From Myxococcales bacterium (GTDB lineage Bacteria > Myxococcota_A > Polyangia > Palsa-1104), in contig JAQBQH010000274.1 of the NCBI GenBank assembly GCA_028287105.1, positions 8,215 through 72,214 on the forward strand: a stretch of DNA of 64,000 nucleotides, written 5' to 3'. Position 1 is the stretch's first letter. Every line of letters begins with the position of its first letter. The position numbers and the translations under genes are program-made. Shown piece by piece: positions 46,524-58,564 of this stretch. The notes beneath the pieces were generated by a model. It ran no database searches and had not been told where the DNA came from. It saw only the letters and a program-made list of their open reading frames with translations.

Positions 46524-47464
46524 TGCGCGCGTCGTGGACGGCGGTGGCGATGGCGGCCGCGGCGATCGGCCTCATCTCCGCGATGGCGCTGGCGCCGGCC
46601 GCCGGCTGCGACACCGGGCCGCTCGTTTTCGACCTGGGCATGACCGGCGGGATGCCCGATCCGGGGCCGGCCGATCTGGCGATCGTCGACCTCGCTGGCA
46701 CCATCGCCCCTCCGCCCGACGCCGCGCTGCCCGGACGCACGCTCGTCTGGCAGGACGAGTTCGAGGGCGCCGCCGGTCAGCGCCCCGACCCGTCGCACTG
46801 GTCGTTCGACGTCGGCGGCGACGGCTGGGGCAACCAGCAGCTCGAGTTCACCACGGCGCGCCCCGAGAACGTCTCGCTCGACGGCAACGGCCACCTCGCC
46901 ATCACCGCGCGCGCCGAGGCCTACCAGGGCAAGAGCTACACCTCGGGCCGCATCAACTCGCTCGGCCACTTCACGCGCGCGTTCGGCCGCTTCGAGGCGC
47001 GCATGCAGCTGCCGGCGGGGCAGGGGATGTGGCCCGCCTTCTGGCTGCTCGGCAACAATCAGCCCGCCGTCGGCTGGCCCGCCTGCGGCGAGATCGACAT
47101 CATCGAGAACCGCGGCCAGGAGCCGAACATCGTGCACGGCACGGTGCACGGTCCCGGCTACTCGGGCGGCAAGGGCATCAGCGCCGCGCGCACCGTCGCG
47201 GGCGCGCCGCTGAGCGCCGGCTTCCACGTCTACGCCATCGAGTGGTTCGCCAACCTGGTCGTCTTCTCCGTCGACGGCAACACGTACTTCACGCTGACCC
47301 CGCAGCAGCTCCCCGCCGGCACGCAGTGGGTGTTCGACCATCCGTTCGGCGTCATCCTCGACCTCGCGGTCGGCGGAAACTTCGTCGGCTCCCCGGACGG
47401 CACCACCACGTTCCCGCAGACGCTCTTGGTCGACTACGTGCGCATCTACGAGCCGCAGCCGTGA
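46520..47464 (+). CDS. GH16 endo-beta-glucanase (laminarinase-like) lipoprotein
   Basis: Lipobox PAAGC. WQDEFEG, MWPAFWLLG, GEIDIIE (ExDxxE), YAIEW. Start overlaps the ROK stop (GTGATG). Confidence 0.9.
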   Translation: MMRASWTAVAMAAAAIGLISAMALAPAAGCDTGPLVFDLGMTGGMPDPGPADLAIVDLAGTIAPPPDAALPGRTLVWQDEFEGAAGQRPDPSHWSFDVGGDGWGNQQLEFTTARPENVSLDGNGHLAITARAEAYQGKSYTSGRINSLGHFTRAFGRFEARMQLPAGQGMWPAFWLLGNNQPAVGWPACGEIDIIENRGQEPNIVHGTVHGPGYSGGKGISAARTVAGAPLSAGFHVYAIEWFANLVVFSVDGNTYFTLTPQQLPAGTQWVFDHPFGVILDLAVGGNFVGSPDGTTTFPQTLLVDYVRIYEPQP

Positions 47465-47466
47465 GG

Positions 47467-49107
47467 ATGCGCGCGCTCGGCCTCGCCGCCTTCATCGCCG
47501 CCTGCTCGGCGCCGCCGCCGCCCGCGCGCGACGTCCTGTCGGTGTCGGTGGAGCAGGCGAGCTCCTGGGTGCGCAACTTCAACCCGCTCCTCGTCGGCAC
47601 CGCGCGCTGGCCCACCCGCGGCGGCATCTACGAGCCGCTGCTGATCTGGAATGCCGTCAGCGGCGCGTGGGTGCCGTGGCTGGCGACCAGCTATCGCTGG
47701 TCCGACGATCACCGTCGCCTGACGCTGACCATCCGCGACGGCGTGCGCTGGTCCGACGGCGCGCCCTTCAGCGCCGAGGACGTCGCCTTCACCTTCGAGC
47801 TCCTGCATCGCCATCGCGCGCTCGACGCCAGCGGCCTGTGGGACTTCCTCGACGGGGTGCGCGCCGTCGATGCGCATACCGTCGAGCTGACCTTGTCGCG
47901 GCCGTACGTGCCGGGCCTGGTCGAGGTCGCGCAGCAGGTGATCCTGCCCGCGCACCTGTGGCGCCGCGTCGCCGATCCGGTCGCGTTCACCAATCCGAAC
48001 CCCGTCGGCACCGGACCCTTCACCGAGGTGCGCGTCTTCCGCAATCAAGTGTGGGAGCTCGGCCGCAACCCGCGCTACTGGCAGCCCGGCAAGCCCGAGA
48101 TCGCGGCGCTGCGCATGGTCGCCTATCCGAGCAACGACCAGGCGAACCTGGCGCTCGTCGAAGGCGAGATCGACTGGGCCGGCAACTTCGTCCCCGCCAT
48201 CGAGCGCACCTTCGTGGCGCGCGACCGCGAGCACCACGGCTACTGGTTCCCCGCGCTCGGCTCGACGGTCTTCCTCTATCCCAACACGCGGCGGCCCCCG
48301 CTCGACGACGTGCGCGTGCGCAAGGCGCTCAGCCTCGCCATCGACCGGCAGCGCGTCGTCGATATCGGCCTCTTCGGCTACGCGCGACCCAGCGACGGCA
48401 CCGCGCTCTCGGACGCCTACGCCAGCTGGCGCGATCCTGCCGTCGCCGCCAGCGCCTGGGTCGGCCACGACGTCGCCGCCGCGGCTGCGCTCCTCGACGA
48501 AGCCGGCTGGACCCGCGGCGCCGACGGCGTGCGCAGCCGCGCCGGCCGCCGCCTCGCCTTCACCGTCGAGGTGGTCAGCGGCTGGTCCGACTGGGTGCGC
48601 GCGGCGCAGGTGATCGCCCGCGACCTCGCCCAGGTGGGCGTGGCCGTCGAGGTGCGCGCCTACGAGTGGAGCGCCTGGTTCGAGCGGCTGCAGTCGGGCG
48701 AGTTCGAGCTCTCCATCGCCTGTCCAGGGCTGGCCTTCTCCTTCGACGCGCCCACGCCCTATTACGCCTATCGCTGGATCATGTCGTCGCCGGCGGTGAA
48801 GCCGCTCGGCGAGCTGCAGCCGACCAACTGGAATCGCTTTGGCGACCCGCGCGCCGACGCGCTCCTCGGCGAATTCGAAGCGACCGATGAGGGCCCGCGC
48901 CAGAAGGAGCTGATGCGGCAGATCGAGGAGCGCTTCGCCGCGACGGCGCCGGCCATCCCGCTCTTCGTCAGCCCGCTGTGGGGCGCCTTCAACACGCGCC
49001 GCTTCACCGGCTTTCCGTCGGCGGCCAATCCGTACGCCAAGCTCTCGCCGCACAGCGCGCCGGAGAACCTGCTCGTGCTCATGCATCTGCAGCCGAGGGC
49101 GCGCTGA
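47467..49107 (+). CDS. ABC transporter substrate-binding lipoprotein, family 5 (Opp/Dpp type)
   Basis: MRALGLAAFIAAC. GIYEPLL, VRWSDGAPFSAEDVAFTF, NPVGTGPF, NPRYW, typical of SBP_bac_5. Confidence 0.85.
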   Translation: MRALGLAAFIAACSAPPPPARDVLSVSVEQASSWVRNFNPLLVGTARWPTRGGIYEPLLIWNAVSGAWVPWLATSYRWSDDHRRLTLTIRDGVRWSDGAPFSAEDVAFTFELLHRHRALDASGLWDFLDGVRAVDAHTVELTLSRPYVPGLVEVAQQVILPAHLWRRVADPVAFTNPNPVGTGPFTEVRVFRNQVWELGRNPRYWQPGKPEIAALRMVAYPSNDQANLALVEGEIDWAGNFVPAIERTFVARDREHHGYWFPALGSTVFLYPNTRRPPLDDVRVRKALSLAIDRQRVVDIGLFGYARPSDGTALSDAYASWRDPAVAASAWVGHDVAAAAALLDEAGWTRGADGVRSRAGRRLAFTVEVVSGWSDWVRAAQVIARDLAQVGVAVEVRAYEWSAWFERLQSGEFELSIACPGLAFSFDAPTPYYAYRWIMSSPAVKPLGELQPTNWNRFGDPRADALLGEFEATDEGPRQKELMRQIEERFAATAPAIPLFVSPLWGAFNTRRFTGFPSAANPYAKLSPHSAPENLLVLMHLQPRAR

Positions 49108-50087
49108 TGCGCTACGTCCTGCGCCGCCTCGCGCTCTATGCCGTCGCTGCGTGGGCGTCGGTGACGCTCGGCTTCGTCCTGCCGCGCCTCATGCCCGGCG
49201 ATCCGGCGACGATGCTCTTGGCGCGTCTGCGCGGCAAGCTCTCGCCCGCCGCGCTCACCGCCATGCGCGACGCGCTCGGCTTCGCCGACGGCTCGATCCT
49301 GCGGCAGTACGTCACCTACTGGCGCCATCTCCTCCACGGCGATCTCGGTCTCAGCGTCGCCTACTTTCCCGTTCCGGTCGGCGAGGTCATCGGCACCGGC
49401 CTCTTGTGGACCCTCGCGCTCGCCGGCAGCGCGCTCCTCGTCAGCTTCAGCCTCGGCACCCTCTTCGGCGCGCTCGCGGCGTGGCGCCGCGGCGGTTGGC
49501 TCGACAGCGTGCTGCCCCCGGCGCTGGCGCTGCTCGGCGCGGTTCCCTACTTCTGGCTCGCCATGCTGGCGCTCCTCGTCTTCGGCCACGTGTTGCGCTG
49601 GTTCCCGCTCGGCCACGCCTACAGCCTCGAGCGCGAGCCGTCGTGGAGCCCGAGCTTCATCCTCGACGTCGCTCGCCATGCCGCGCTCCCCGCGCTCACG
49701 CTCGTCGTCGCCACGCTCGGCACCTGGATGCTCGGCATGCGCAACACCATGGTCGCGCTCCTCGATGCCGACTTCATCAAGCTGGCGTGGGCCAAGGGGC
49801 TGCCGCCGCGCCAGATCATGCTGCGCTACGCCGCCCGCAATGCCCTTCTGCCCAACGTGACCGGCTTCGGCATGGCGCTCGGCTTCGTCCTCTCCGGCTC
49901 GCTCCTCACCGAGATCGTCTTCTCGTACCCGGGGCTCGGCTACCTCCTCGTGCAGGCGGTGCGCAACAAGGACTACGCGCTCATGCAGGGGCTCTTCCTC
50001 CTGATCACACTGGCCGTGCTGGCGGCCAACTTCCTCGTCGACGTCACCTACGTGTGGCTCGATCCGCGGACGCGCGCCCATGCGTAG
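49107..50087 (+). CDS. ABC transporter permease (DppB/OppB-like)
   Basis: MRYVLRRLALYAV..., LPRLMPGDP, and an EAA-like loop ADFIKLAWAKGLPPRQIMLRYAARNAL. TGATG junction. Confidence 0.9.
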   Translation: MRYVLRRLALYAVAAWASVTLGFVLPRLMPGDPATMLLARLRGKLSPAALTAMRDALGFADGSILRQYVTYWRHLLHGDLGLSVAYFPVPVGEVIGTGLLWTLALAGSALLVSFSLGTLFGALAAWRRGGWLDSVLPPALALLGAVPYFWLAMLALLVFGHVLRWFPLGHAYSLEREPSWSPSFILDVARHAALPALTLVVATLGTWMLGMRNTMVALLDADFIKLAWAKGLPPRQIMLRYAARNALLPNVTGFGMALGFVLSGSLLTEIVFSYPGLGYLLVQAVRNKDYALMQGLFLLITLAVLAANFLVDVTYVWLDPRTRAHA

Positions 50088-51771
50088 CCGCTTCGCCGCC
50101 ATCCTCGGCGATCGCCGCGCCGTCGTCGGCGCGCTGCTCCTCGGCGGCTTCGCCGTGCTGGCGCTCTTCGGCCCGCTCTTCGTCGGGGACGCCGGCGCCG
50201 CCGTCGACGTCCCGCTCTCGCCGCCCTCGTGGCGCCACCTCCTCGGCACCACCGGCCAGGGGCAGGATGTGCTGGCGCAGACCGTCGTCGGCGCGCGGCT
50301 GACGCTCGGCATCGGCCTCGTCGTCGGCCTCCTGGTCACGCTCTTCGGCGTCATCCTCGGCGTCGGCGCGGGCTACGCCGGCGGGCTCATCGACGACGCC
50401 GCGTCGGTGACGACCAACGTCTTCCTCGTCATCCCCGGTCTGCCGCTCGCCATCGTCATCGGCGCCTATCTGCCGCCGGGTCCGGTGCGCCTCGGCATCG
50501 TGCTGACGCTGGCCGGCTGGGCCTGGTGCGCGCGCGTCTTCCGCGCCGAGACCCTGTCGCTGCGCGCCAAGGACTTCGTCGCCGCCGCCCGCCTCGCCGG
50601 CGAGCCCCACTGGCGCATCATCGCCGTCGAGATCCTGCCCAACATGGCCTCGCTCGTGGCCGCCTCGTTCATCGGTACGACCATCTACGCCATCGGCGCG
50701 CAGGTCGGGCTCGAGTTCCTCGGCCTCGGCGATCTGGGCGCCGTCACCTGGGGCACCAATCTCTACTGGGCCTCCAACGACTCGGCGCTTCTCACCGGCG
50801 CCTGGTGGACCTTCGTGCCGACCGGCCTCTGCGTCGCGCTCGTCGGCTTCGCGCTCACGCTCCTCAGCTTCGCGCTCGACGAGGTGACCAACCCGCGCCT
50901 GCGCCGTCGCCCGCGCCGCGGCCCCGTCGTGCGCGCGACCAGCCGCCCGACGCCGCCGTCGGCCACCGAGGCGCTCGTGTCGGTGCGCGAGCTGACCGTC
51001 CGCTATGCCGGCAGCGAGCTGCCCGTCGTCGACCATGTGTCGTTCGACATCAGCGCCGGCGAGATTTTCGGCCTCGCGGGCGAATCGGGCAGCGGCAAGT
51101 CGACCATCGGCCACGCGCTCCTGCGCCTCCTACCCGCCGACGCGGAGATCGACGGCGAGCTGCGCGTCGCCGGCGCCGACGTCACCGCGCTCGAGGGCGA
51201 AGCGCTGCGGCGCTGGCGCTGGCGCGACGCGGCCGTCGTGTTCCAGAGCGCCATGAGCGCGCTCAACCCCGTCATCACCGTCGGTGAGCAGTTCGTCGAC
51301 ACGCTCGCCGCGCACGGCCAGGGCAGCCGCGCCGCCGCCCGCGCGCGTGCCGTCGAGCTCTTGGCCATGGTCGGCGTCGACGGCCGCCTCGTCGACGCCT
51401 GGCCGCATCAGCTCTCCGGCGGCATGCGCCAGCGCGTCGGGCTGGCGCTGGCGCTGGCGCTCGAGCCGCGCCTGCTCGTCCTCGACGAGCCGACCACCGC
51501 CCTCGACGTGGTCGTGCAGCGCGAGATCCTCGAGCGGCTGGTCGAGCTGCAAGCCAAGCGCGGCTTCGCCATCCTCTTCATCACGCACGACCTGCCGCTC
51601 CTGACGAGCGTCGCCACCCGCATCGGCATCCTGCGCGACGGCCACCTCGTCGAGCTGGCGCCCACCGAGCAGCTCTGCCGCGCGCCGCGCCATGCCTACA
51701 CGCGCCTGCTCCTGAGCTCGTTCCCGCGGCTGCCGCCCGTCGCCGCCAAGCGTCTGCAGGTGCTGCCGTGA
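50080..51771 (+). CDS. Fused ABC permease (DppC-like) + ATPase (DppD-like)
   Basis: N-terminal HLLGTTGQGQDVL and 6 TM helices. Then GLAGESGSGKST (Walker A), LSGGMRQR, LLVLDEPTTALD. One frame, 563 aa. Confidence 0.85.
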   Translation: MRSRFAAILGDRRAVVGALLLGGFAVLALFGPLFVGDAGAAVDVPLSPPSWRHLLGTTGQGQDVLAQTVVGARLTLGIGLVVGLLVTLFGVILGVGAGYAGGLIDDAASVTTNVFLVIPGLPLAIVIGAYLPPGPVRLGIVLTLAGWAWCARVFRAETLSLRAKDFVAAARLAGEPHWRIIAVEILPNMASLVAASFIGTTIYAIGAQVGLEFLGLGDLGAVTWGTNLYWASNDSALLTGAWWTFVPTGLCVALVGFALTLLSFALDEVTNPRLRRRPRRGPVVRATSRPTPPSATEALVSVRELTVRYAGSELPVVDHVSFDISAGEIFGLAGESGSGKSTIGHALLRLLPADAEIDGELRVAGADVTALEGEALRRWRWRDAAVVFQSAMSALNPVITVGEQFVDTLAAHGQGSRAAARARAVELLAMVGVDGRLVDAWPHQLSGGMRQRVGLALALALEPRLLVLDEPTTALDVVVQREILERLVELQAKRGFAILFITHDLPLLTSVATRIGILRDGHLVELAPTEQLCRAPRHAYTRLLLSSFPRLPPVAAKRLQVLP

Positions 51772-52719
51772 GCGCGCTCCTCGCCGTGCGCGACCTCGGC
51801 AAGCGCTTCTCCGACGGGCGCCGCGCCCTCGACGGGGTCTCCCTCGACGTGCACGCGGGCGAGGTGGTCGCGCTCGTCGGCGAATCGGGCAGCGGCAAGA
51901 GCACGCTGGCGCGCGTGGTGTGCGGGCTCGTTCCCGCCGACGAAGGGCAGGTGCTCATCGCCGGCCAGCGGCTGCGTCGTGCCGGCACCCGCGTGCAGAT
52001 GGTCTTTCAGGATCCGTTCGCGTCGCTCAATCCGGTGCACACCGTCGAGCACCACCTGCTGCGTCCGCTCGCGCGCCGCTTGCGCCAGCCGGCCGCCGCG
52101 TTGCGTGCCGAGGCCGCGCGCCTGCTCGCCGCTGTCGGCCTGGAGGCCTCTCTCGCCGCGCGCCATCCGCACGCGCTCTCGGGCGGCCAGCGCCAGCGTG
52201 TCGCCATCGCTCGCGCGCTCGCCGCCGGCCCCGAGGTCATCCTCGCTGACGAGCCGACCTCCATGCTCGACGTGTCGACGCGGCTCGGCGTGCTCACGCT
52301 GCTGCGCCGGCTCGCCGACGAGCGTCGCCTCGGCATCCTCTTCATCACGCACGATCTCGCCAGCGCCGCCGCCATCGCCGACCGCGTGCTCACCATGTAC
52401 GCCGGCCGCGTCGTCGAGTCGGGCGCCACCGCGACCGTTCTGGGCGCGCCGTCGCATCCGTACACGCGCCTGCTCCTGGCGTCGGCGCCACGTGGCGAGC
52501 GCATCCTGCCGCGCGCGTCGTCGCCGTCGTCGCTATCGTCGCCGTCGCGATCGGCGGCGTCGTCGCGCGCCTTCGCCGCCGCCGCCGCCGCCGGCTGCCC
52601 CTTCGTCGCGCGCTGCCCCGACGCGTTGCCCTGCTGCCCCGACACGCCGCCAGCCAATCGCACCATCGCGGCGGACCATCACGTCCGCTGCCACCTGTAC
52701 CAAGAAGGAGCCTCCGAGC

Positions 52720-52736
<17 letters not shown>
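51768..52736 (+). CDS. ABC transporter ATPase (DppF/OppF-like) with Cys-rich C-terminal tail
   Basis: GESGSGKSTL, LSGGQRQR, ILADEPTSMLD, HPYTRLLL. Tail is GCPFVARCP...PCC...HHVRCH. GTGA overlap upstream. Confidence 0.9.
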
Positions 52737-54119
<1,383 letters not shown>

Positions 54120-54123
<4 letters not shown>

Positions 54124-57100
54124 CCGCCCGGCGAGCCCTCGCGAGCGCGATCGTGGTCGCGGCCCAGCTGTGGTGCGCCAACGCGCGCGCGGCCACGCCG
54201 CACGTGACCGTGGTCAACGACGCGCGCGGCATGAAGCTCCTCGTCGACGGCCGCGACTTCTTCGTCTACGGCATGAACTGGGGCTACTCGCCCATCGGCA
54301 CCAACTACAGCTACTCCTTGTGGGCGCAGCCCGACTCGGTGGTCGAAGAGGCGCTGCGCCGCGACATGCAGCTCCTGCGCGACCTGGGCGTCAACGCCAT
54401 CCGCCAGTTCGCCGACATCCCGCCCAGATGGATCGAGTGGATCCACAAGAACTACGGAATCTACGTCGTCCTCAACCCGCTCATGGGGCGCTACGGCATC
54501 GACGTCAACGGCGCCTTCGTCGCCAACGTCGACTACTCGGCGCCCGCCCATCGACGGGCGATCCTCGCGCAGCTGAAGACCGCGGTCGAGCGTTACCACG
54601 ACACACCGGGCGTCCTCATGTGGATGCTCGGCAACGAGAACAACTACGGCCTCGCCTGGACCTCGTTCGAGATCGGCAATCTGCCCGGCAGCGCCGACGA
54701 CAAGCGCGCCGAGCATCTCTATTCGCTCATGGGCGAGGCCATCCAGCTCATCAAGGCGCGCGACACCGACCATCCCGTGTCGCTCGTCAACGGCGACGCA
54801 AACTACATCGACCTCATCGCCAAGCACTGCCGCGGGCTCGACATCTTTGGCACCAACGTCTACCGCGGCCCGTCGGCGCGCGACCTCTTCGACGTGGTCA
54901 AGAAGAAGCTCGGCCTGCCGGTCATGTTCACGGAGTTCGGCGCCGACGCCTTCAACGCCAAGAGCGGCCACGAGGACGCGCAGGCGCAGGCCGAGATCGT
55001 CCTGTCGCAGTGGGAAGAGATCTACCGCCAGAGCTGGGGCCGGGGAGGCACCGGCAACGCCATCGGCGGCTTCGTCTTCCAGTGGACCGACGGCTGGTGG
55101 AAGACCGGTCAGGAGAAGAACCTCGACATCCACGACACCACCGCGACCTGGGGTAACGCGGCCTACGCCTACGACTACTCGCCGGGCGAGAACAACATGA
55201 ACGAGGAGTGGTTCGGTATCACCGCCCTCGGCATGCCCGACGCGCGCGGCCTCTATCACGTGCGGCCGCGCACCGCCTACTTCGTGCTGCAGCAGGCGTT
55301 CCGGCTCGATCCGTACGCGGAGGAGACCACGCCCGAGCGCATCAAGGCGCACTTCCAGAGCATCCGCCCCACCGACTATGCGGCGCGCTATCAGTCGAAC
55401 GAGGCGCTGGCGCGCATCAACGCGCTCGAGTGGCTGCGCATCTCCAACCTGCGCCTCCTGTTCGACTCGTCGATCAGCCGCGGCACGCCGCAGACCCTGC
55501 GCGGCAGCGACACCGTGTTCGATCATACCGAGTCGTTCTTCCTCGACTTCGTGCTGCAGCCGAACGCCAAGGTCTATGCGCGGCTGTCGCTCAACATCAT
55601 CGGCAACGTGGCGCAGAATCGGCTCGATCCGATCTTCTACGAGAACCGCAACCGCGTGGTGGCGCTGGCCGGATCGACCGCCTCGCAGGTGGGAGCGACC
55701 GCGTCGTCGACCTCCTCGCCGACCGCGGCCGGCAGCGCGGCACCGTCGGCGCAGCAGAAGCTGAGCGACCTGCAGCGGCTCGCCATCTATCAGGCCGAGT
55801 TCAAGATCGATCAGAAGTGGTTCTCGATCGAAGGCTATTACCGTACCGGCCACTATCACTGGGGCGAAGAGGGAGACCTCTTTTATCTATATCGAAACGC
55901 TTATTACGGGCCCAATCTCGATATCTATAACGGCAATGCGCCGTTTGGCGCGGTCATCACCGGGCACCAGGCGCTCGAAGGGCTCAAGGTCGCGGTCGGT
56001 CCCGAGATTTACTGGGGCGCCAACCCGTCGCTGATCGTCAAGTACCAGCGCTCGTTCGGTCCGCTGACGGCGACGCTGATGCACAACGAGGATCTGGCGC
56101 ACGGCGCCGGAACGCAGACCAGCGCCGTCATCCGCGAGCCGCCGACGCGACGCACGACCTTGGCGCTCGAGCTGCGGCTGCCGCGCGTGCTCCTGCAGGT
56201 GGGCGGGATCTGGGCCGGCTCGACCAAGGTCGATCAGCCGTTCCTCTGGACGCGACCGAGCAGCGGTCGCGGCTATCTCGACAGCGGCCAGGACGTCCTG
56301 CAGGACCGCGTGCAGTGGGCCGACACGCTCGGCGCCAAGGCCAAGCTCACGGTCGACTTCAGCCGCGTGCGCTGGTTCGTGCAGGGCCAGATCCGCGGCC
56401 TCGTCGCCGACGCCGGCCCCGACCCGACCATCACGCTCACCGACTGGTCGATGAAGGAGAGCGGCCGCGGCAATCACTTCGGCGGCGAAACCGGGCTCAC
56501 CTGCGAATTTGGGCCGATTCAGCTGGCGCCCAAGGTGCTCTATCAGCGTCCGCTCATCGGGCCGAATCCGCTCATCAACGATTACTTCAGCACGCAGACC
56601 GGGATCTATTACCCGGCGGTCCGGCCGCGCAACGTGCTGCACGATCCCTTCGCGGTGCGCGACAACCGCGAGACGCTCGGCTTCGAGATGCTGCTGGTGT
56701 TCGACCCGACCCCGGCCACCTGGTTCTGGACCTGGGACCGCGAGCTACGCGAGGACGCGCGCTTCGCCGGCTCGATCGACGCCATCTATCGCGTGCAGCC
56801 GACCTCGCTCGACTCGGGCATCGCCATCCTCGCCGACGGGACGCTGGCGCCGTTCAACGGCGCGCCGCCGGCGCACGACGTGTGGGACGTGACCGCCCGC
56901 TTCGTCGCCAACCCGCGCTATCAGCTGCGCCTCTCCGGCGCGGTGTGGGGCGGGCAGACGCAGTCGACGGGAAAAGATCCGCGGCTGGTCAATCGCATCG
57001 GGGGCGAGGTCAAGCTGTGGTGGCAGACCTGGCTCTTGTGGACCCAGCTGCGCTTCGGCGACTGGGGTCCCTACGACTATCAGCGCGACTTCAACCTGAC

Positions 57101-57302
57101 CTTCCCGATGCAGTGGTACGGCGATCTGTCGTATGGCGTCTCGTCGCTGTTGCCGGGATGGCTCGGCACGCGCGTCGGTGTGCGCGCCCAGGTGCGCACG
57201 CTCGACCAATACTCCGAGGGCTACCTCATCGATCCGCTCGGTGCGAACAGCAAGCTCGGAATGGAATACGAAATCGGCGCCTACGTGCGCCTGAGCCTGT
57301 GA
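54120..57302 (+). CDS. Secreted 1060-aa protein: N-terminal GH2/GH5-like TIM-barrel glycosidase fused to a putative beta-barrel of about 620 aa
   Basis: ATGA overlap with GH1. Signal ...ANARA. MWMLGNENNY and VMFTEFGADAF catalytic-strand candidates. From about residue 440, alternating amphipathic strands rich in Y/W/G; ends EIGAYVRLSL. Confidence 0.7.
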
Positions 57303-57313
57303 GGTCCAGAGTC

Positions 57314-57865
57314 ATGCAAACATCGATTCTCGTCGCTGCGCTGGCGCTCGTGGGCTGCACCAAGACGCCCGCGTATCTCTACGGGCGCGACTTCACGAAC
57401 CTGCAGTTTCACGCGTATGATCAGAATGTCGGGATCTATCCATATCGCAGCATTCTCGACGATCCGAACAATCCATTTGCCAGCGACGCGCCCACCGACG
57501 ACGGCAAGTGGGTGCTCGAGGCCAACGCCGGGCCGGTGGCGGCGTTCTACTCGTGGGCCACGATCAATGCGGTCAATCCGTATGGCGAGGCGCAATACTA
57601 TACGGCGCACGATCTGCAGCAGATCTTCCGCACCGGGCAGGCGTCAAAGGCGGAGCTGCCGGTGGCGCAGGATCTGGCGATTCGCGCCTATCAGGCGGTG
57701 CTCGATCACTTCCCCGACAGCGTGACCTACGACGAGACGGGCAAGATAGCGTTCAGCCTGGCGACGCTGTCCTATCAGGGCATCGTCGGGCTCGGCGGCA
57801 CGGTGCAGGGCGGCTGGGTGCTCGTCAAGTCCGACGACGGCACCGAGCACGCGGTGCATCCGTGA
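57314..57865 (+). CDS. Lipoprotein, unknown function
   Basis: MQTSILVAALALVGC; 183 aa. I recognise no motif. Confidence 0.6.
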   Translation: MQTSILVAALALVGCTKTPAYLYGRDFTNLQFHAYDQNVGIYPYRSILDDPNNPFASDAPTDDGKWVLEANAGPVAAFYSWATINAVNPYGEAQYYTAHDLQQIFRTGQASKAELPVAQDLAIRAYQAVLDHFPDSVTYDETGKIAFSLATLSYQGIVGLGGTVQGGWVLVKSDDGTEHAVHP

Positions 57866-58521
57866 GCGCGCGCGTCTCGCGCGTGATGCTCCTGGCGCTG
57901 TCGCTGTCGCTGGCGGCGGTCGGCTGTCGGCCCGACCCGGGTCCGTCGCAGTACGAGCAGCAGGAGCCGTTTCCGCTGCAGGACGGCGGCGGCGAGTCGC
58001 TGCCGGGGCCGACGCCGTACCAGGCGGGCCAGCGGCGACTCTCGGTGGGCGCGTTCTACGAGAGCGGCGCGTCGGACGTCATCGCCGTCGATAATATGAC
58101 CGCCAACGTCTACGTCTATTCGGAGACGGTGACGCTGCTGCCCGAGCCGGACCACCTCGAGGGCAAGACCGCGACGCGCGCGACGCACACGGGGATGACC
58201 TGGTGGGGCTTCGGGGTGCACTGGATGACGCCGCGCGATCTCGGCACGTGGACCAAGATGCACGTCAGCTTGAAGTCGCACGATCCGGCTTTCGTGATGG
58301 TCCAGATCGGCATGAACAACGCCAACCCGGTGTTCGTGCAGGCGGGCGCCTACGGCTTCGTCAACGACGATCAGTGGCACAGCCTGACGCTGCCCCTGTC
58401 CGACTTCGTGGCGGCCGGGCTCGACGTGGCGCAGGTGGCGGCGCCGTTCGTGCTCAGCGGCGGGCCCGGCTCGGGCGGCGAGAAGCTGCAGATCGACGAT
58501 CTCTATTTCACGGCCGACTAG
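57862..58521 (+). CDS. Lipoprotein with C-terminal CBM-like domain
   Basis: GTGA overlap. LSLSLAAVGC lipobox. WWGFGVHW ... WHSLTLPLSDF ... LQIDDLYFTAD. Confidence 0.6.
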   Translation: MSARVSRVMLLALSLSLAAVGCRPDPGPSQYEQQEPFPLQDGGGESLPGPTPYQAGQRRLSVGAFYESGASDVIAVDNMTANVYVYSETVTLLPEPDHLEGKTATRATHTGMTWWGFGVHWMTPRDLGTWTKMHVSLKSHDPAFVMVQIGMNNANPVFVQAGAYGFVNDDQWHSLTLPLSDFVAAGLDVAQVAAPFVLSGGPGSGGEKLQIDDLYFTAD

Positions 58522-58564
58522 GCAGTCCCAGGCCGACGAGGCAGGAATAGATCGATCGCGGTGG

